A stretch of 63,891 nt of DNA, the filler included, from an uncultured Methanoregulaceae archaeon (lineage in GTDB: Archaea > Halobacteriota > Methanomicrobia > Methanomicrobiales > Methanospirillaceae), in NCBI GenBank assembly GCA_964530035.1. It is 8 parts of 8 records of this genome, joined end to end, with 100 filler letters (N's around TTAATTAATTAA, not from the genome) between each part and the next. Parts side by side here need not be neighbours in the genome. Positions count along the whole stretch, not along the records: positions 33,863 to 42,114 come from CAZGXZ010000118.1; positions 42,215 to 50,452 come from CAZGXZ010000119.1; positions 50,553 to 58,751 come from CAZGXZ010000120.1; 5 more parts are not named here. The stretch is one strand, 5' to 3'. The position numbers and the translations under genes were made by a program. Shown here in pieces: positions 40,889 to 52,389 of this stretch (positions are counted from its first letter, which is position 1; every line of letters starts with the position of its first letter). The notes beneath the pieces were generated by a model. The model was not told the origin of the DNA. It saw nothing but the letters and a program-made list of their open reading frames with translations, and ran no database searches.

Positions 40889-42114
40889 TCATGGCCTGGT
40901 GACGGCAGGGGTCATCCACATCGCCTTCTGTTCCCGCTGGGGACGGTATTCCTTGAACTCGCGGAGCGATATGGTCAGGTCGCGGGTGAATGCGAAGTAC
41001 CCTATCTGGGTCTCCCGGCAGAGCTTGAACGCCATCTCCATGAGTCCGCGGGGGTCAGGACGCGCCTCGCCAAGCCAGATATGGAAGATGTTCCCGCCAT
41101 CGATTATCGGGAAAAAGATGTGCTCAATGGAAGCCCGGTGTGAAAGGCTGACATTTGCACCAGGTGCCACGTGGGTACCGTTCGTGTAATAGATCGGGAG
41201 GTCTCTTGTTGTCCCGAGACGTTCAAGGGAGCCTTCAAGGTCTCCCTTTGCGACCGCCAGGGCAGCGTCCCTGAACCGCCGGTTGAGGAGGTCGGATACC
41301 ACGAACCGCTGGCCTGTCGTCTCGGCCGGGGTGCGTGCCAGGGCAATTGTCATCCCATGCCTTCTGGAGAGTTCTGCTCCGTACAGCTCCATCGCGGTCA
41401 TCGCCTTTACTGCGAGACGAAATGCAGCCTGGCCCTCATGGAGCTGATGCCCGGTCATATGCTGGACCATCTCGTTGATGCCCACGACACCGATGGTATA
41501 GACCAGTCCCTCGAGATCGACAGCAACCGCTCCCCTCTCGCCCGTTGAAGGGTCCTTGGGACGCTGCATCGCAAAGGGCATGCGGCCGGTCGCACGGATA
41601 AGGTCCATCCACCGCCGCTTGATCCGGAAGACCTCGACAGCGACGTCCATCAGGGACCTGAGCTCGGCAAAGAGCCGCTCCTCGTCACCTTCGGCCTTGT
41701 AGGCCGCCCTGGGGCAGTTGACCGAGACGACCTGCCAGGAGCCCATCGAGAAGTGCTTTCCATCCTCGAAGAGCAGTTTGCGGTTGAAATCGGAGTCCTT
41801 ATCGGCTACCGCGGAAAACTGGTACGCACAGCACTGGTAGCAGGAGATCCCTTCCCCGGCACCCCGGTACTCAGGGAGCTGGTTGTCATAGTAGGGCGTC
41901 CCATACTTCGAAGCCAGCTCAAAGGTCATGAGGTAGAGGTCCTCGTAGGTCGGGAGGTCCGGGTGCTCCCTGTTGAACTCCTCCCTCTCGTGGATGAAAT
42001 CAGGTTCTATGCTTATTTCGGGTTTTGGAAAGTTAAAGGGCTTGCCCCAGTAGTCCCCTTCGAGCATGACCTCCATCAGGGCCTTGAAAAGAAGGCGGAC
42101 CTCACGCTCGAATT
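40889..42114 (-). CDS. nrdD: class III ribonucleoside-triphosphate reductase, 5'-truncated
   Basis: 'PFNFPKP', 'CYQCCAY', 'TIGVVGINE', 'TPAET', 'YYTNGTH', 'GGNIFHIWLGE'. Confidence 0.92.
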
Positions 42115-42214
42115 NNNNNNNNNNNNNNNNNNNNNNNNNNNNNNNNNNNNNNNNNNNNTTAATTAATTAANNNNNNNNNNNNNNNNNNNNNNNNNNNNNN
42201 NNNNNNNNNNNNNN
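42115..42214. other. artificial contig linker
   Basis: N44-TTAATTAATTAA-N44. Confidence 0.99.
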
Positions 42215-42687
42215 AGGAATTTAACCGCAAGCGTCGGGCACTGGTCAGCGATCTCATCAATCTTTGATGAGTTGTCGAGGTTCGTGACAATCATCTTGAA
42301 ATGCCCGGCGTTTATCCTGTAAAGGATGTCCTTGCCAGTAAGCATGGTCGGGCACGGGCAGTACACCGCACCCAGCTTGATGAGTGCTACTGCAAAGATC
42401 CACCACTCCGGGACCCGCGGAAGGAGCAGCATAACCCGGTCTCCTTTCATGATCCCGTATTTCAGGAGAATGTTTGCTGCCTGGTTGGACAGGTTCTTGA
42501 TATCACGGAATGAATACTTACGCTCGTTTCCCCCCTGGTCAACCCAGATCATGGCGAGCTTGTTCCTGTCGGTTTTTGCCCAGCGGTCGATAACATCAAA
42601 CCCGAAGTTGAAATACTCAGGCACGTCGATTGAAAAATCCCTGATACACTCCTCGTAGGTGTGCATGTTCGGTCCTGTCTGCTCCAT
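42215..42687 (-). CDS. acyl-CoA synthetase (AMP-forming), 3'-truncated
   Basis: 'VPEYFNFGFDVID.WA', 'KGDRVMLLLPRVPEWW...KLGAV'. Confidence 0.88.
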
Positions 42688-42819
42688 GTATGTCCTGTAC
42701 CTTCTGCCCCAGATGGTAAAAGGGCTGTTGCCCGCGAGGGATACCCCTCCATGTCCGTATAATGACCCTCCGGGACAGGTGCAGTAGTATTATGCTCTTT
42801 AAAAGTCCACCTCATTCTA

Positions 42820-43374
42820 ATGGACGATAGCAAGTACGAGTCCCTGAAGATCGAGAATATCGTGGCGTCCGGGGCAATCGCTGACTCGATCGACCTTACA
42901 GAGATCTCGCAGAAGATACCCAACTGCGAACTCAATACGAAAAGGTTTCCAGGCGCTGTCTTCCGGATTGATGACCCGAAGATAGCATCTCTCATATTCT
43001 CCTCGGGAAAAGTCGTCCTTACCGGCATCCGGGATAAGAACGCCCTCGATGAGGGACTGAAACTGATCATCGGTGCGATGCAGGGTGCAGGTGTCCAGAC
43101 CTACGACGAACCGCGGGTCGCGATAACGAATATCGTGTGCAGTTACGATATCGGGAAATACATCAACCTGAACAAGGTTGTCATAACCCTCAACCTGGAG
43201 AATATCGAATACGAACCCGAACAGTTCCCAGGCCTGGTCTACCGGATCAAGGACCCGAAGATCGTGGCACTCCTCTTTTCATCAGGAAAAATCATCCTCA
43301 CCGGCGGAAAAAACCTCGATGATATCAAACGGGGCCTTGCATTCCTCGAGCAGAAACTCGGAAGCATCATGTGA
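42820..43374 (+). CDS. tbp: TATA-box binding protein
   Basis: two repeats 'IENIVAS'/'ITNIVCS', 'FPG.V.R', 'LIFSSGK'. Confidence 0.97.
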   Translation: MDDSKYESLKIENIVASGAIADSIDLTEISQKIPNCELNTKRFPGAVFRIDDPKIASLIFSSGKVVLTGIRDKNALDEGLKLIIGAMQGAGVQTYDEPRVAITNIVCSYDIGKYINLNKVVITLNLENIEYEPEQFPGLVYRIKDPKIVALLFSSGKIILTGGKNLDDIKRGLAFLEQKLGSIM

Positions 43375-43555
43375 AGGGCAATTTCCACCCTGTTTCATTT
43401 TTAGGGGTCTTTTTTATAAGGCACCCACAGTTTTTTTCCTGCACGGGCAGGTGCAGGGTCACCTGGCCCGGACGTCCCAGGGAAGACCAAACAGCCAGAG
43501 TCATAATATGGCGCCAGTTCACAAATGAAGCCATTGGTACCCTTTCACCAGGTCA

Positions 43556-46249
43556 CTATTGCCAGAACTTGTGGGTGCGTATGAAATTTCGTTCCGCCTT
43601 GATAATCTCGCGGTAGAAAGCATCTCCTTCGGTGAGGGTCGCGAGTATCCGCGAAGCGTTTTCCGGCCCGACCCCACGGGCTGCGAGGGCGGTTACTGCC
43701 TTTTTTCCACTTGACAGAACGATGTTGGCGTTTCTTAAAAGCCGGAGTTCGAGGTTCCTTTCCTCCTCGGTCTTCTTTTTCTTTGAGGCAAGGTCAAACA
43801 GGTGCTCCTCGTAGGGCTTGAGGGCTGCGACAAGTCGTGCCCCGCACTTCGGGCACCGGGGGGGATCGGGGACGCGGGAGACCTGGGTCTTCGAACGCCA
43901 TTCCCTGCAGTTCATGCACGCCAGGATGACATGGTCATTCTCGAGCCGTTGCCGGACCGCGTTTAAAACCGCCTGGTCGGCCGTCGGCGGGGGTATCTGG
44001 TCACGTGACGAAAAAAGACCTGCAGCCCCCATAAGGCTTATTTTCTGTATTGTCACCCCGATTCCGCCATCGCGTATCCTCCCGACGATTGTGGACGCAC
44101 ATTCCACATCCATGTAACCGGAGAACAGCTCCCGGTATGCCTCCCTCTGGACCACGGTCATCTCAAACAGCTCGGACAACTTGTGAAGGGAGAGCCGTTC
44201 ATAATCGGCATCAGGGTCGATGGCCCCGAATTTTTTTGCGATCTGGACGAGCTTCCACCGGAACAGCGAGGTGCGTTTCAGGGCAAGCTCGAGTATCCCC
44301 TGGAGGTGGGCGGGGTCAAGGGAATCAAGGGTCTCTTTGACATCAACTGCCCCTACGGTTGAGGGGAGCCTGAAAAAAACACGATATGCATCTATCTCGA
44401 TGCCTACGGTCGTTCCGAACCGTGCCGAGAGGAGCACCGAAACCACCCGTCCGAGGGCTTCATTTGCCTTGTGGCCACCACAGACGTTCATCACCACCCC
44501 TTCATCGGTATATTCGAGCGTGATTTCAGTGTCTGTCGGGACGATTGACCGGTTCCGGTCCATCTCATCAAGGAAACGCCTGAAAAATGCCACTGAATCA
44601 GGATCATGAGTATATGACCCGATATCACGGGTCCTCCGGAGCCGGCCCGCCTCCTGCGCCACCTCGTACGGGACCGGTATCTGTTCACCCTCCCACGAGG
44701 GGAGCTCCCCTTTCGCGTGGCGGGCAGGTTCGACGGTTATCCTTCCGTCCTCGATATCAAGGACCCGCCAGAGCTGCCCCTTCGTGATGAAAACGACGCC
44801 TGTGTGAATGAAGCCGACAACGAATGATTCGTCAAGAGTCCCCACCGTCCGCCGTGAGATCATGTCGAACACAGGCAGTTTCCTTTCATCATGGATCATG
44901 GAAAGCGTTGACGCAAGGTACCGGCGTGCCCTTGCCGTTGTTATCACCGAGTCATCCCTGACCCTGATTAGCCGGTGCTGTTCCATCTGCCTGCTGACCT
45001 CAGGGATAAGGCTGCATTCCTGTGAAAAAACCGAGGCCCCCGAGATGATGTCTTCCATCCGTTTCAGCTGGATCTCACCATACTCGACCGCCATTGCTGC
45101 GACCTGGTTTGCGAGCACGTCCGCTGCCCCCCGGTGGGGGACGACGGCTTCCACGGCACCTTCCCGGGCACGCCTGGTGATGACGAGTGACTCGACAAGG
45201 TCGTCGAATCCGGCGGCAAGGATCGTCCCTGAGGAAACCGTGTTCAGCTGGTGCCCGGCCCTGCCTACCCTCTGGACAAGACGCGACACCTCGCGGGGAG
45301 ACCCGAACTGGATGACATACTCCACGTGGCCGATGTCGATCCCGAGTTCCATGGAGGAGGTGCAGATCAAGGCCCGTACCTCCCCTCGCTTGAACCGTTC
45401 CTCGGCTTCGATACGCACGTCCCGTGAAAGGGATCCATGATGGACCTCGATATCCCCACGCCTGAACAGCTGGTGCCCGAGGGCTTCGGCGGTCACGCGC
45501 GTATTGGTGAAGATCAGGACCGAGGCATGGTCTTCGATGATCTTCTCGACCGTGCGTGCCTGTCGGCCAAAATCATCCCCGACACAGGAGACGGATATAT
45601 CCAGCTGCTTGGCCACGGGGACGTTCACGATTGAACAGGGCCGTTTTCCGGCCAGGAACCGGGCAACCTCTTCCGGGTTTCCCACGGTTGCAGAAAGCCC
45701 GATCCTCTGGAAATCGCCCGCATAGGCGGTAAGGCGCTCGAGGGCGACCGCGAGCTGCGCCCCTCGTTTTGTCCCTGCCAGGTCATGGATTTCGTCAACG
45801 ACGACACACCTGACCTGTTTCAGGTGCGAACGAAGACGTTTTCCCATGAACAGGGCCTGGAGCGTTTCCGGGGTGGTGATGAGGAGTTGCGGAGGGTTGA
45901 GCGCCTGTTTTCTCCGTTCTGAAAGAGGAGTGTCCCCGTGACGGACGCCGACGGTCATGCCGAGCTCCCTGCACCACCATTCCATCCTGGAAAGGATGTC
46001 GCGGTTGAGGGAACGGAGCGGGGTGATGTACACCGTAGAAAAACCTGCCTGGGGGCAGGACAACATCCGGTTGAACACGGGGAGCATCGCCGACTCGGTC
46101 TTGCCCGTCCCGGTGGGAGCTATGAGAAGGAGGTGCGCTCCGTCAAGGACCGCAGGGATCGCCTGTTCCTGGACGTCGGAAAGAGCGGTAAACCCTCTCT
46201 TCCGTATGCACCCCAGGACACGCGGGTCAAGTCCCAGCATCGCGCTCAT
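43556..46249 (-). CDS. lhr: Lhr-core SF2 helicase with C-terminal Zn finger
   Basis: 'APTGTGKT', 'DEIH', 'GLSAT', 'HHGSL', 'QRVGRAGH'; CMNC..CPKC. Confidence 0.92.
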   Translation of the reverse strand: MSAMLGLDPRVLGCIRKRGFTALSDVQEQAIPAVLDGAHLLLIAPTGTGKTESAMLPVFNRMLSCPQAGFSTVYITPLRSLNRDILSRMEWWCRELGMTVGVRHGDTPLSERRKQALNPPQLLITTPETLQALFMGKRLRSHLKQVRCVVVDEIHDLAGTKRGAQLAVALERLTAYAGDFQRIGLSATVGNPEEVARFLAGKRPCSIVNVPVAKQLDISVSCVGDDFGRQARTVEKIIEDHASVLIFTNTRVTAEALGHQLFRRGDIEVHHGSLSRDVRIEAEERFKRGEVRALICTSSMELGIDIGHVEYVIQFGSPREVSRLVQRVGRAGHQLNTVSSGTILAAGFDDLVESLVITRRAREGAVEAVVPHRGAADVLANQVAAMAVEYGEIQLKRMEDIISGASVFSQECSLIPEVSRQMEQHRLIRVRDDSVITTARARRYLASTLSMIHDERKLPVFDMISRRTVGTLDESFVVGFIHTGVVFITKGQLWRVLDIEDGRITVEPARHAKGELPSWEGEQIPVPYEVAQEAGRLRRTRDIGSYTHDPDSVAFFRRFLDEMDRNRSIVPTDTEITLEYTDEGVVMNVCGGHKANEALGRVVSVLLSARFGTTVGIEIDAYRVFFRLPSTVGAVDVKETLDSLDPAHLQGILELALKRTSLFRWKLVQIAKKFGAIDPDADYERLSLHKLSELFEMTVVQREAYRELFSGYMDVECASTIVGRIRDGGIGVTIQKISLMGAAGLFSSRDQIPPPTADQAVLNAVRQRLENDHVILACMNCREWRSKTQVSRVPDPPRCPKCGARLVAALKPYEEHLFDLASKKKKTEEERNLELRLLRNANIVLSSGKKAVTALAARGVGPENASRILATLTEGDAFYREIIKAERNFIRTHKFWQ

Positions 46250-46994
46250 CAGGCACCAGCTCCTCCAGCCGGCAGACATATGTGCCGTCTGCAAGGAATA
46301 CCTCGGCGGACTCTTTCCTTATGCACCGTGAAAGAGGTGAAAACGGTTTCTTCATCGTAAGGAGAAGGTCATATCCCGCATACTCGTTAAAGGCCGGAAC
46401 CAGCAGAACCCGGGTATCCCCCTGCCCGGACTGATCATTCCTGCCTATGCCAAGGGCCTGTTCATCGACCTCCCCGAGAAGATATGCGGGAGCCCGGAGC
46501 GAGCACCCGACAGAGTCGCGGAGGGATGCCACCGGGTGGTGGTGACCGGCAACGACGAGCCGGCCGAGTGCCTCCGCAGCCGGGGCTGCATGGCCATGGA
46601 GATAGGCAACCCCGTCGATGACCGTCCCGGCAGCAGGCAACAATTCCCGGTCATCGAGAAATCGCGCGATCCCGGGGTCGTGGTTTCCTGGAATGACCCT
46701 GACAACCGTCTCCGAGCGGAGTGCATCAAGGATGCCGGGGAGCTCCCGAAACTCCTGCCGTGTCGTGCCGGGGACCGTGTGCTTGACATCTCCCAGCAGG
46801 AGGAGCAGGTCGGGCCTGGCAGACCCCACGCAGGTCATCACCCTCTCGAGGCGTTCCTCGGATCGGCTCGGTACATGAATGCCATGCCGGTCGAGGTCAG
46901 ACTCAATCCCAAAATGGAGGTCGGCAATGACCAGGACCCGCTCATCACCGCTGATAACGACTGCCGGCCCGTTTTCCAGAAATTCAAGGTCCAT
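46227..46994 (-). CDS. Lhr-associated metallophosphoesterase (MPE)
   Basis: 'ADLHFG', 'GDVKH', 'GNHD', 'HGH', 'GHHHP', 'PAFN'. Confidence 0.88.
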   Translation of the reverse strand: MDLEFLENGPAVVISGDERVLVIADLHFGIESDLDRHGIHVPSRSEERLERVMTCVGSARPDLLLLLGDVKHTVPGTTRQEFRELPGILDALRSETVVRVIPGNHDPGIARFLDDRELLPAAGTVIDGVAYLHGHAAPAAEALGRLVVAGHHHPVASLRDSVGCSLRAPAYLLGEVDEQALGIGRNDQSGQGDTRVLLVPAFNEYAGYDLLLTMKKPFSPLSRCIRKESAEVFLADGTYVCRLEELVPDERDAGT

Positions 46995-47001
46995 TCGGGG
47001 A

Positions 47002-47754
47002 TCAGAGTATCTTGACGTACCCCTTCTGGGGCTGGTAGAGTTCATCCTCTGCGATGAGCCCACGGACGACATCGAGCACGGCGTTGTCCGGCAGTCCTTG
47101 ACCGGCAAAATGGCGCAGGAGTTCCTCGACAGGCACACCCTTCGGGCCCGAAAGGTCGGCTACAGTACCCAATACGGCTGATCGGAGGTCGATATCAGGG
47201 ATGGCTGCAACAGGCTGCGCTCTGACAAGTTCAAGGGCGCCCAGGGCTGCTTTCGCAATATCGGCAAGGTCATGCAGAGAGGGTCTCACAATTCTCAGTA
47301 CCTGCCCTTCCTCAAAGGATCCCGGCCTTCCCGATTGAATCGCCGCTTCCATTGCGCTGATCCTGGAAAGGGTTATTTCCGCGGTCTTTCCAATCCAGAC
47401 ATCGCGTATCCCCCGGTTCGCAGGGTAGAGGTAAAACGGCCGGATGGATACCCGGGCCCTGGGGCCGGGACCCGTTATCTCGACCCTTCCTGAACAGGTC
47501 ACGAATGCAGGGGGTTCAAGGGCTTCACAGGCCTCCCTGGCAACCTGGTCCTGTCTTCCCATGCGGAGGGTTACTGCTCCCGTCGGATCTGCAAGCCTGG
47601 CGAAAAGATACTCGCCCTTCTCTGAAAACTCGGTCAGGACACCGCAGGAGAAAAGTACCCTGCAGGCCGCACCTCCGGGAGTATATAGGATATGAGCGGA
47701 GGACTTTGATGTATCGGCGACTGCCCCGGGGTGGAGCAGCTCGGCAGCGAACAC
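47002..47754 (-). CDS. RPA-like OB-fold protein with C-terminal winged helix
   Basis: 'VFAAEL', 'TPGGA', 'ADPTG', 'ELYQPQKG'; start uncertain. Confidence 0.7.
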   Translation of the reverse strand: MFAAELLHPGAVADTSKSSAHILYTPGGAACRVLFSCGVLTEFSEKGEYLFARLADPTGAVTLRMGRQDQVAREACEALEPPAFVTCSGRVEITGPGPRARVSIRPFYLYPANRGIRDVWIGKTAEITLSRISAMEAAIQSGRPGSFEEGQVLRIVRPSLHDLADIAKAALGALELVRAQPVAAIPDIDLRSAVLGTVADLSGPKGVPVEELLRHFAGQGLPDNAVLDVVRGLIAEDELYQPQKGYVKIL

Positions 47755-48087
47755 CCTTGCCTCTGCGTCGTTGTCCCTGGCGCGAGGGAGGGTCTGGGTG
47801 GAATTCCGGGGTTGAGGGTTCGTATCCTCATATATGGCCCATGAAGGTATATGGATTGTCAGATAGGGTTCATGAAGGGTGCTGTCTCAAAAAATTATAT
47901 TCAATAGAGGAATTCCTGCCTGACCGGAGCAGAGAACCGGGAAATACAAGCTTCTGTTTTTATCTTTCCAGCGCCATACATACCATAGATATCTCCGGCC
48001 CGATCATGGATGCTTTCGGCAGAAAACAGTAACAACGGCTGATTATCTCATCCAGGCATCGCCCGGGAGGTCAGGGGAGGCCACCCT

Positions 48088-49065
48088 ATGGAAGAGGAGC
48101 ATACTATATGGATTGAGAAGTACCGCCCGCAGCGGCTCACGGATATCATCGGGCAGGACGAGATTACCGAGCGGCTTATCAGTTATGTCAAAAACGGCAA
48201 CCTGCCGCACCTCCTCTTCACGGGTTCTGCCGGAGTCGGGAAGACCACCGCGGCGGTTGCCCTCGCCCGCGAGTTCTATGGTGAAAACTGGCAGATGAAC
48301 TTTCGTGAGCTGAACGCGTCAGATGAACGGGGTATCGATGTCGTCAGGAACCAGATAAAACAGTTCGCCCGCACGACCACGTTCGGCGGGGCCGAGTTCA
48401 AGATCCTGTTCCTTGACGAGGCGGACGCATTGACTCCGGATGCCCAGGCGGCCCTCCGCAGGACGATGGAATCGTACGCAATGACCTGCAGGTTCATCCT
48501 CTCCTGCAATTATTCGTCGAAGATAATCGACCCGATCCAGTCCAGGTGTGCCATCTACCGTTTCAGGCCGTTGCAAAAGCAGGCCATAGTCACGATGGTA
48601 CAACGGATCGCAACGAAGGAAGGGCTCACCCTCACTCCGGCCGCTGTTGATGCAGTGGTATATGTAGCCCAGGGAGACATGCGCAAGGCGATCAATGCGG
48701 TGCAGGGAGCGGCAATAATCAGTCCTATGATCGAGGATAGGATGGTATACGCGATAACGGCCACGGCACGGCCGGAGGAAATCACCAGGCTTCTCGATCT
48801 CGCCCTGAAAGAGGACTTTGATGGTGCGGGACGGCTCCTTGGAGAACTTCTCCATGAACGCGGCATCGCACCCCAGGAACTCATCTCGCAACTCTACCGT
48901 GCGGTCATCAAGACCGACCTTGACCGCGGGGTCAAGGCGACCATCATTGACCACCTTGGGGAAACCGATTTCAGGATATCAGAGGGCGCCAACAGTGATA
49001 TCCAGATGGAGGCGCTGATCGCGAACCTGGTCATCAGCAGGGGACGGATAAAGAATGGAGGGTGA
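48088..49065 (+). CDS. rfcS: replication factor C small subunit
   Basis: 'WIEKYRP', 'GVGKTT', '[11 protein letters not shown]', 'LDEAD', 'IQSRC'. Confidence 0.96.
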   Translation: MEEEHTIWIEKYRPQRLTDIIGQDEITERLISYVKNGNLPHLLFTGSAGVGKTTAAVALAREFYGENWQMNFRELNASDERGIDVVRNQIKQFARTTTFGGAEFKILFLDEADALTPDAQAALRRTMESYAMTCRFILSCNYSSKIIDPIQSRCAIYRFRPLQKQAIVTMVQRIATKEGLTLTPAAVDAVVYVAQGDMRKAINAVQGAAIISPMIEDRMVYAITATARPEEITRLLDLALKEDFDGAGRLLGELLHERGIAPQELISQLYRAVIKTDLDRGVKATIIDHLGETDFRISEGANSDIQMEALIANLVISRGRIKNGG

Positions 49066-50452
49066 AATAGAGGTTGAGGTAACCGACCGGGATGCAGAAT
49101 GGAGCCGGTTTTTAAAGACCCGGTACAAAAAGCAACTCCTCGAGCTGACCCGGGAATACCCGTACAAACGTTCACTGTATATCAACTACAGGGACCTCGA
49201 GGGGTTCGGCAGGCAGGGGATACGGCTCGCCGACGAACTCCTTGCCAACCCGGGAAAAATCCTGGCCGAGATCCGCGATACCATAACCAACCACAGGCTG
49301 GTGAAGGCAAAGGAGGGCAAGGAAGCCCCGAAGATCAACATACGGTTCACCAATCTCCCCAGAAAAATCGGCGTAAGGCACATCCGTGCCGAGGACATCA
49401 ACACCTTCATCAGTGTCGAAGGGATCCTCAGGAAGACCACCGAGGTGAGGCCCCGGATCACCCAGGCGGTATTCCGGTGTGCTGCCGGCCATAAAACAGA
49501 AAAGGAACAGGGTTACGGGCAGTTCAGGGAACCTGAAACATGCAGGACGGAAGGATGCACCAACAAGAAGTTCGACCTGATCATCAGGCTCTCGGAGTTC
49601 ACCGACTCCCAGAAACTCAGGATCCAGGAGTCCCCGGAGGGCCTCCGGGGTGGTGAACAGCCCCAGACCCTCGACGTGGATGCCACCGATGACCTGACCG
49701 GCATGGTGACCCCGGGAGACCGGGTGATCATGAACGGGATTTTAAGGTCCATCCAGCGGGTGACCCAGGGGACAAAAAGTACCATCTTCGATATCTACCT
49801 TGAGTGCAACTCGATCGAAGTCGCGGAGAAGGAGTTTGAAGAGGTCGAGATCGACGAGAAGGACGAGGAGACGATACGGAACCTGTCAAGGGACGGCCAG
49901 GTGTACCAGAAGATATCCCACTCGATAGCTCCCACCATCTATGGAAACGAGGATGTAAAGGAGGCTATCGCCCTCCAGCTCTTCGGCGGGATCATGAAGG
50001 AGATGCCTGACGGAAGCCACCTCCGTGGCGACATCCATGTCCTCCTGATAGGTGACCCCGGTATTGCGAAGAGCCAGCTGCTCCGGTACGTCGTCCGCTT
50101 GTCTCCAAGGGGTATCTATACGAGCGGTCAGTCGTCCACTTCAGCCGGCCTCACCGCGACTGCGGTCAAGGACGAGTTCGGCGATGGGAGGTGGACGCTT
50201 GAAGCGGGAGCCCTGGTCCTCGCCGACATGGGTGTCGCATGTGTCGACGAGATGGACAAGATGCACAAGGAGGACCGTTCGGCACTCCACGAGGCGATGG
50301 AACAACAGTCAATCAGCGTTGCCAAGGCGGGCATCACGGCGACCCTGAAGTCACGGTGCGCCCTCCTCGGTGCAGCAAATCCGAAGTACGGGAGGTTTGA
50401 TGATTTCGCGCCGATTGCCGAGCAGATAAACATGCCCCCATCGCTCCTCTCC
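49055..50452 (+). CDS. mcm: MCM replicative helicase, 3'-truncated
   Basis: 'GDPGIAKSQ', 'GLTATAVKD', 'VDEMDKM', 'EAMEQQ', 'AANP'. Confidence 0.96.
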
Positions 50453-50552
50453 NNNNNNNNNNNNNNNNNNNNNNNNNNNNNNNNNNNNNNNNNNNNTTAA
50501 TTAATTAANNNNNNNNNNNNNNNNNNNNNNNNNNNNNNNNNNNNNNNNNNNN
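50453..50552. other. artificial contig linker
   Basis: N44-TTAATTAATTAA-N44. Confidence 0.99.
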
Positions 50553-50651
50553 CGCTCTTTTTCCCATTTTCCAGGACGACTGCTTCCGTATACCTCCCGT
50601 TGGTTCCAAGGAAACCGTTTCATTTATCCCCGGACGGCCTGATAGCTCTTC

Positions 50652-51155
50652 ATGGACCTCATGGCATTTCTCTGGCCTCTTGCCCTCCCTATCCTTGCCC
50701 TGGTCATCGCGTTCGTACATATACGCCTGAAAAAAATCTCCGGATGGCAGGCTGTCGGTTCCGTGCTGATGTGGCAGCTCGGGATCGGGCTCGGCATCGG
50801 CCTCATCTTCGGCGGGCTCGGCCACCTCCTCTTCCCCGACCAGGTCGCCGCGTCGATCGGCTGGCCGGCCGGGAACCCGTTCCAGCGCGAAGTAGGCCTG
50901 TGGGACCTCTCGCTCGGCGTCGTCGCGGTCCTCTGCCTGGTCTTCAGGTCGGAGGGGTTCTGGACGGCGACCGTCATCGGGACCGGGATCTTCTATGTCG
51001 GCGCCGGGATCTGCCACGTCTACGAGCTCGTCGCCCACGGGGACACCTCGCCGGGCAACGCCGGGATGGTCATGTACATTGACCTCTTCTACCCGCTCCT
51101 CCTCGCCGCCCTGCTCGTCCTGTACCACGTACAGAAACGGAAGGCGCTGGGGTAG
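50652..51155 (+). CDS. DUF6790-like membrane protein
   Basis: 'H...PDQVA.SIGW..GNPFQ.EVG', 'PGNAG'. Confidence 0.75.
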   Translation: MDLMAFLWPLALPILALVIAFVHIRLKKISGWQAVGSVLMWQLGIGLGIGLIFGGLGHLLFPDQVAASIGWPAGNPFQREVGLWDLSLGVVAVLCLVFRSEGFWTATVIGTGIFYVGAGICHVYELVAHGDTSPGNAGMVMYIDLFYPLLLAALLVLYHVQKRKALG

Positions 51156-51429
51156 CTCACGGGTGCATCAACCCGACGTCTTCCGACCTTTTTTTATCCT
51201 TCACAACGCACAGGCCCTGATAGTTTTCTCGGGTCGGTCTCCCCGGGGACTGCCCCGGGACAGCTGAAACACCCCGCTGCAGTCCAGGGGACGCGGCCCG
51301 GCGGGCTATGCTCCATCTGACCCTCCTCCAATCCATTTCGATATCGTTTTCAGGGCTGCCCGGAATTGCTAAACATACTAAATATACTCATGAGAATCAC
51401 TTCAAGGAAGTCCACGCCCCTGATCGTGT

Positions 51430-51957
51430 ATGACATTTTCCCTGCTTCCAAGGGCGTTGTCTGACCGTCCCGCCCCCAGCCGTCCCGGTATGACCAGGGC
51501 GTCCCGTAGTGTGCCGGACGGGACGGGTGGGGAGGCCCGGAAAGAACAGAAGGGCGACAGGTCCTCCCGGCAGGTCCATCTCCCAGGCAGGGATGAAACA
51601 AAAGAGAAAGAGACCGGCCCGGACAGCCCCTCCCAGGACCCGGCTACCGGTCCCGAGGCACGGCAGGGGCTGCAGCCGAAAGACAGCCCTGCCAGGGAGA
51701 CCGGCCGGGTCAGCCGGGAGTGGCTCATACGAAACGCCCTCTTCGTGGAGTACGAGGACCGGAACATCCTCGGGGAGATCGACTCCTGGCCCGAGCCCGA
51801 GGGTGGGTTCGAGGTCGGGCTGTCCCGCGAGGACATCCTTGCGGCCGGGCGGGACAGGGTGATCCGTGACTCCTGGATCGCCATCGAGCCGGAAAAACAC
51901 GGGATAGGGGGCTTCTGCACGAGGTCCTGCGATGATCCTGGCGGAAACGCCCGGTGA
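51430..51957 (+). CDS. hypothetical protein (start uncertain)
   Basis: C-terminal half has the genome's codon style; N-terminus is low-complexity. Confidence 0.45.
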   Translation: MTFSLLPRALSDRPAPSRPGMTRASRSVPDGTGGEARKEQKGDRSSRQVHLPGRDETKEKETGPDSPSQDPATGPEARQGLQPKDSPARETGRVSREWLIRNALFVEYEDRNILGEIDSWPEPEGGFEVGLSREDILAAGRDRVIRDSWIAIEPEKHGIGGFCTRSCDDPGGNAR

Positions 51958-52389
51958 GCACTCTGGTACCGTGCGGCCTTCCCGGAACGACCGGGCGGGA
52001 GTGGCCGGAACAATGGTTGTGGTTTGTTGCTTTCGTTGTTGGTTTCACCTATCGGCGCTCCGGGGGGCCGGTCTCCCCACGATACCATACTCCTTTGCGG
52101 GATTTTTAGATAAGGTTTCACGGTTGTTTACCGGCTGAAAAGGAACGGGAAGGACAATCTGCCATCCCGTCGTTGACCACACTCCGGGTCGGGACATTGT
52201 GAAACAGGTAAACAACCTGGAAATTTCGGTTTTTATTACGAGGGTTGCCGGGAACGGAAGGATATTTTTACATTCGTCATTCCCTTCCCACATAAGGGTG
52301 GATCACTCCGATGAACCGTTTATCGCGATATATTCCGGCTTCCCCCCGATCCTTCGTTCCCGCCTCTTCGAAAGACCTATGTCCCTTGC

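Noticed and set aside
47755..48087. Replication origin near mcm/rfcS
   Set aside because: No ORB-like repeats or cdc6/orc1 gene seen; only a short CATGAAGG duplication.
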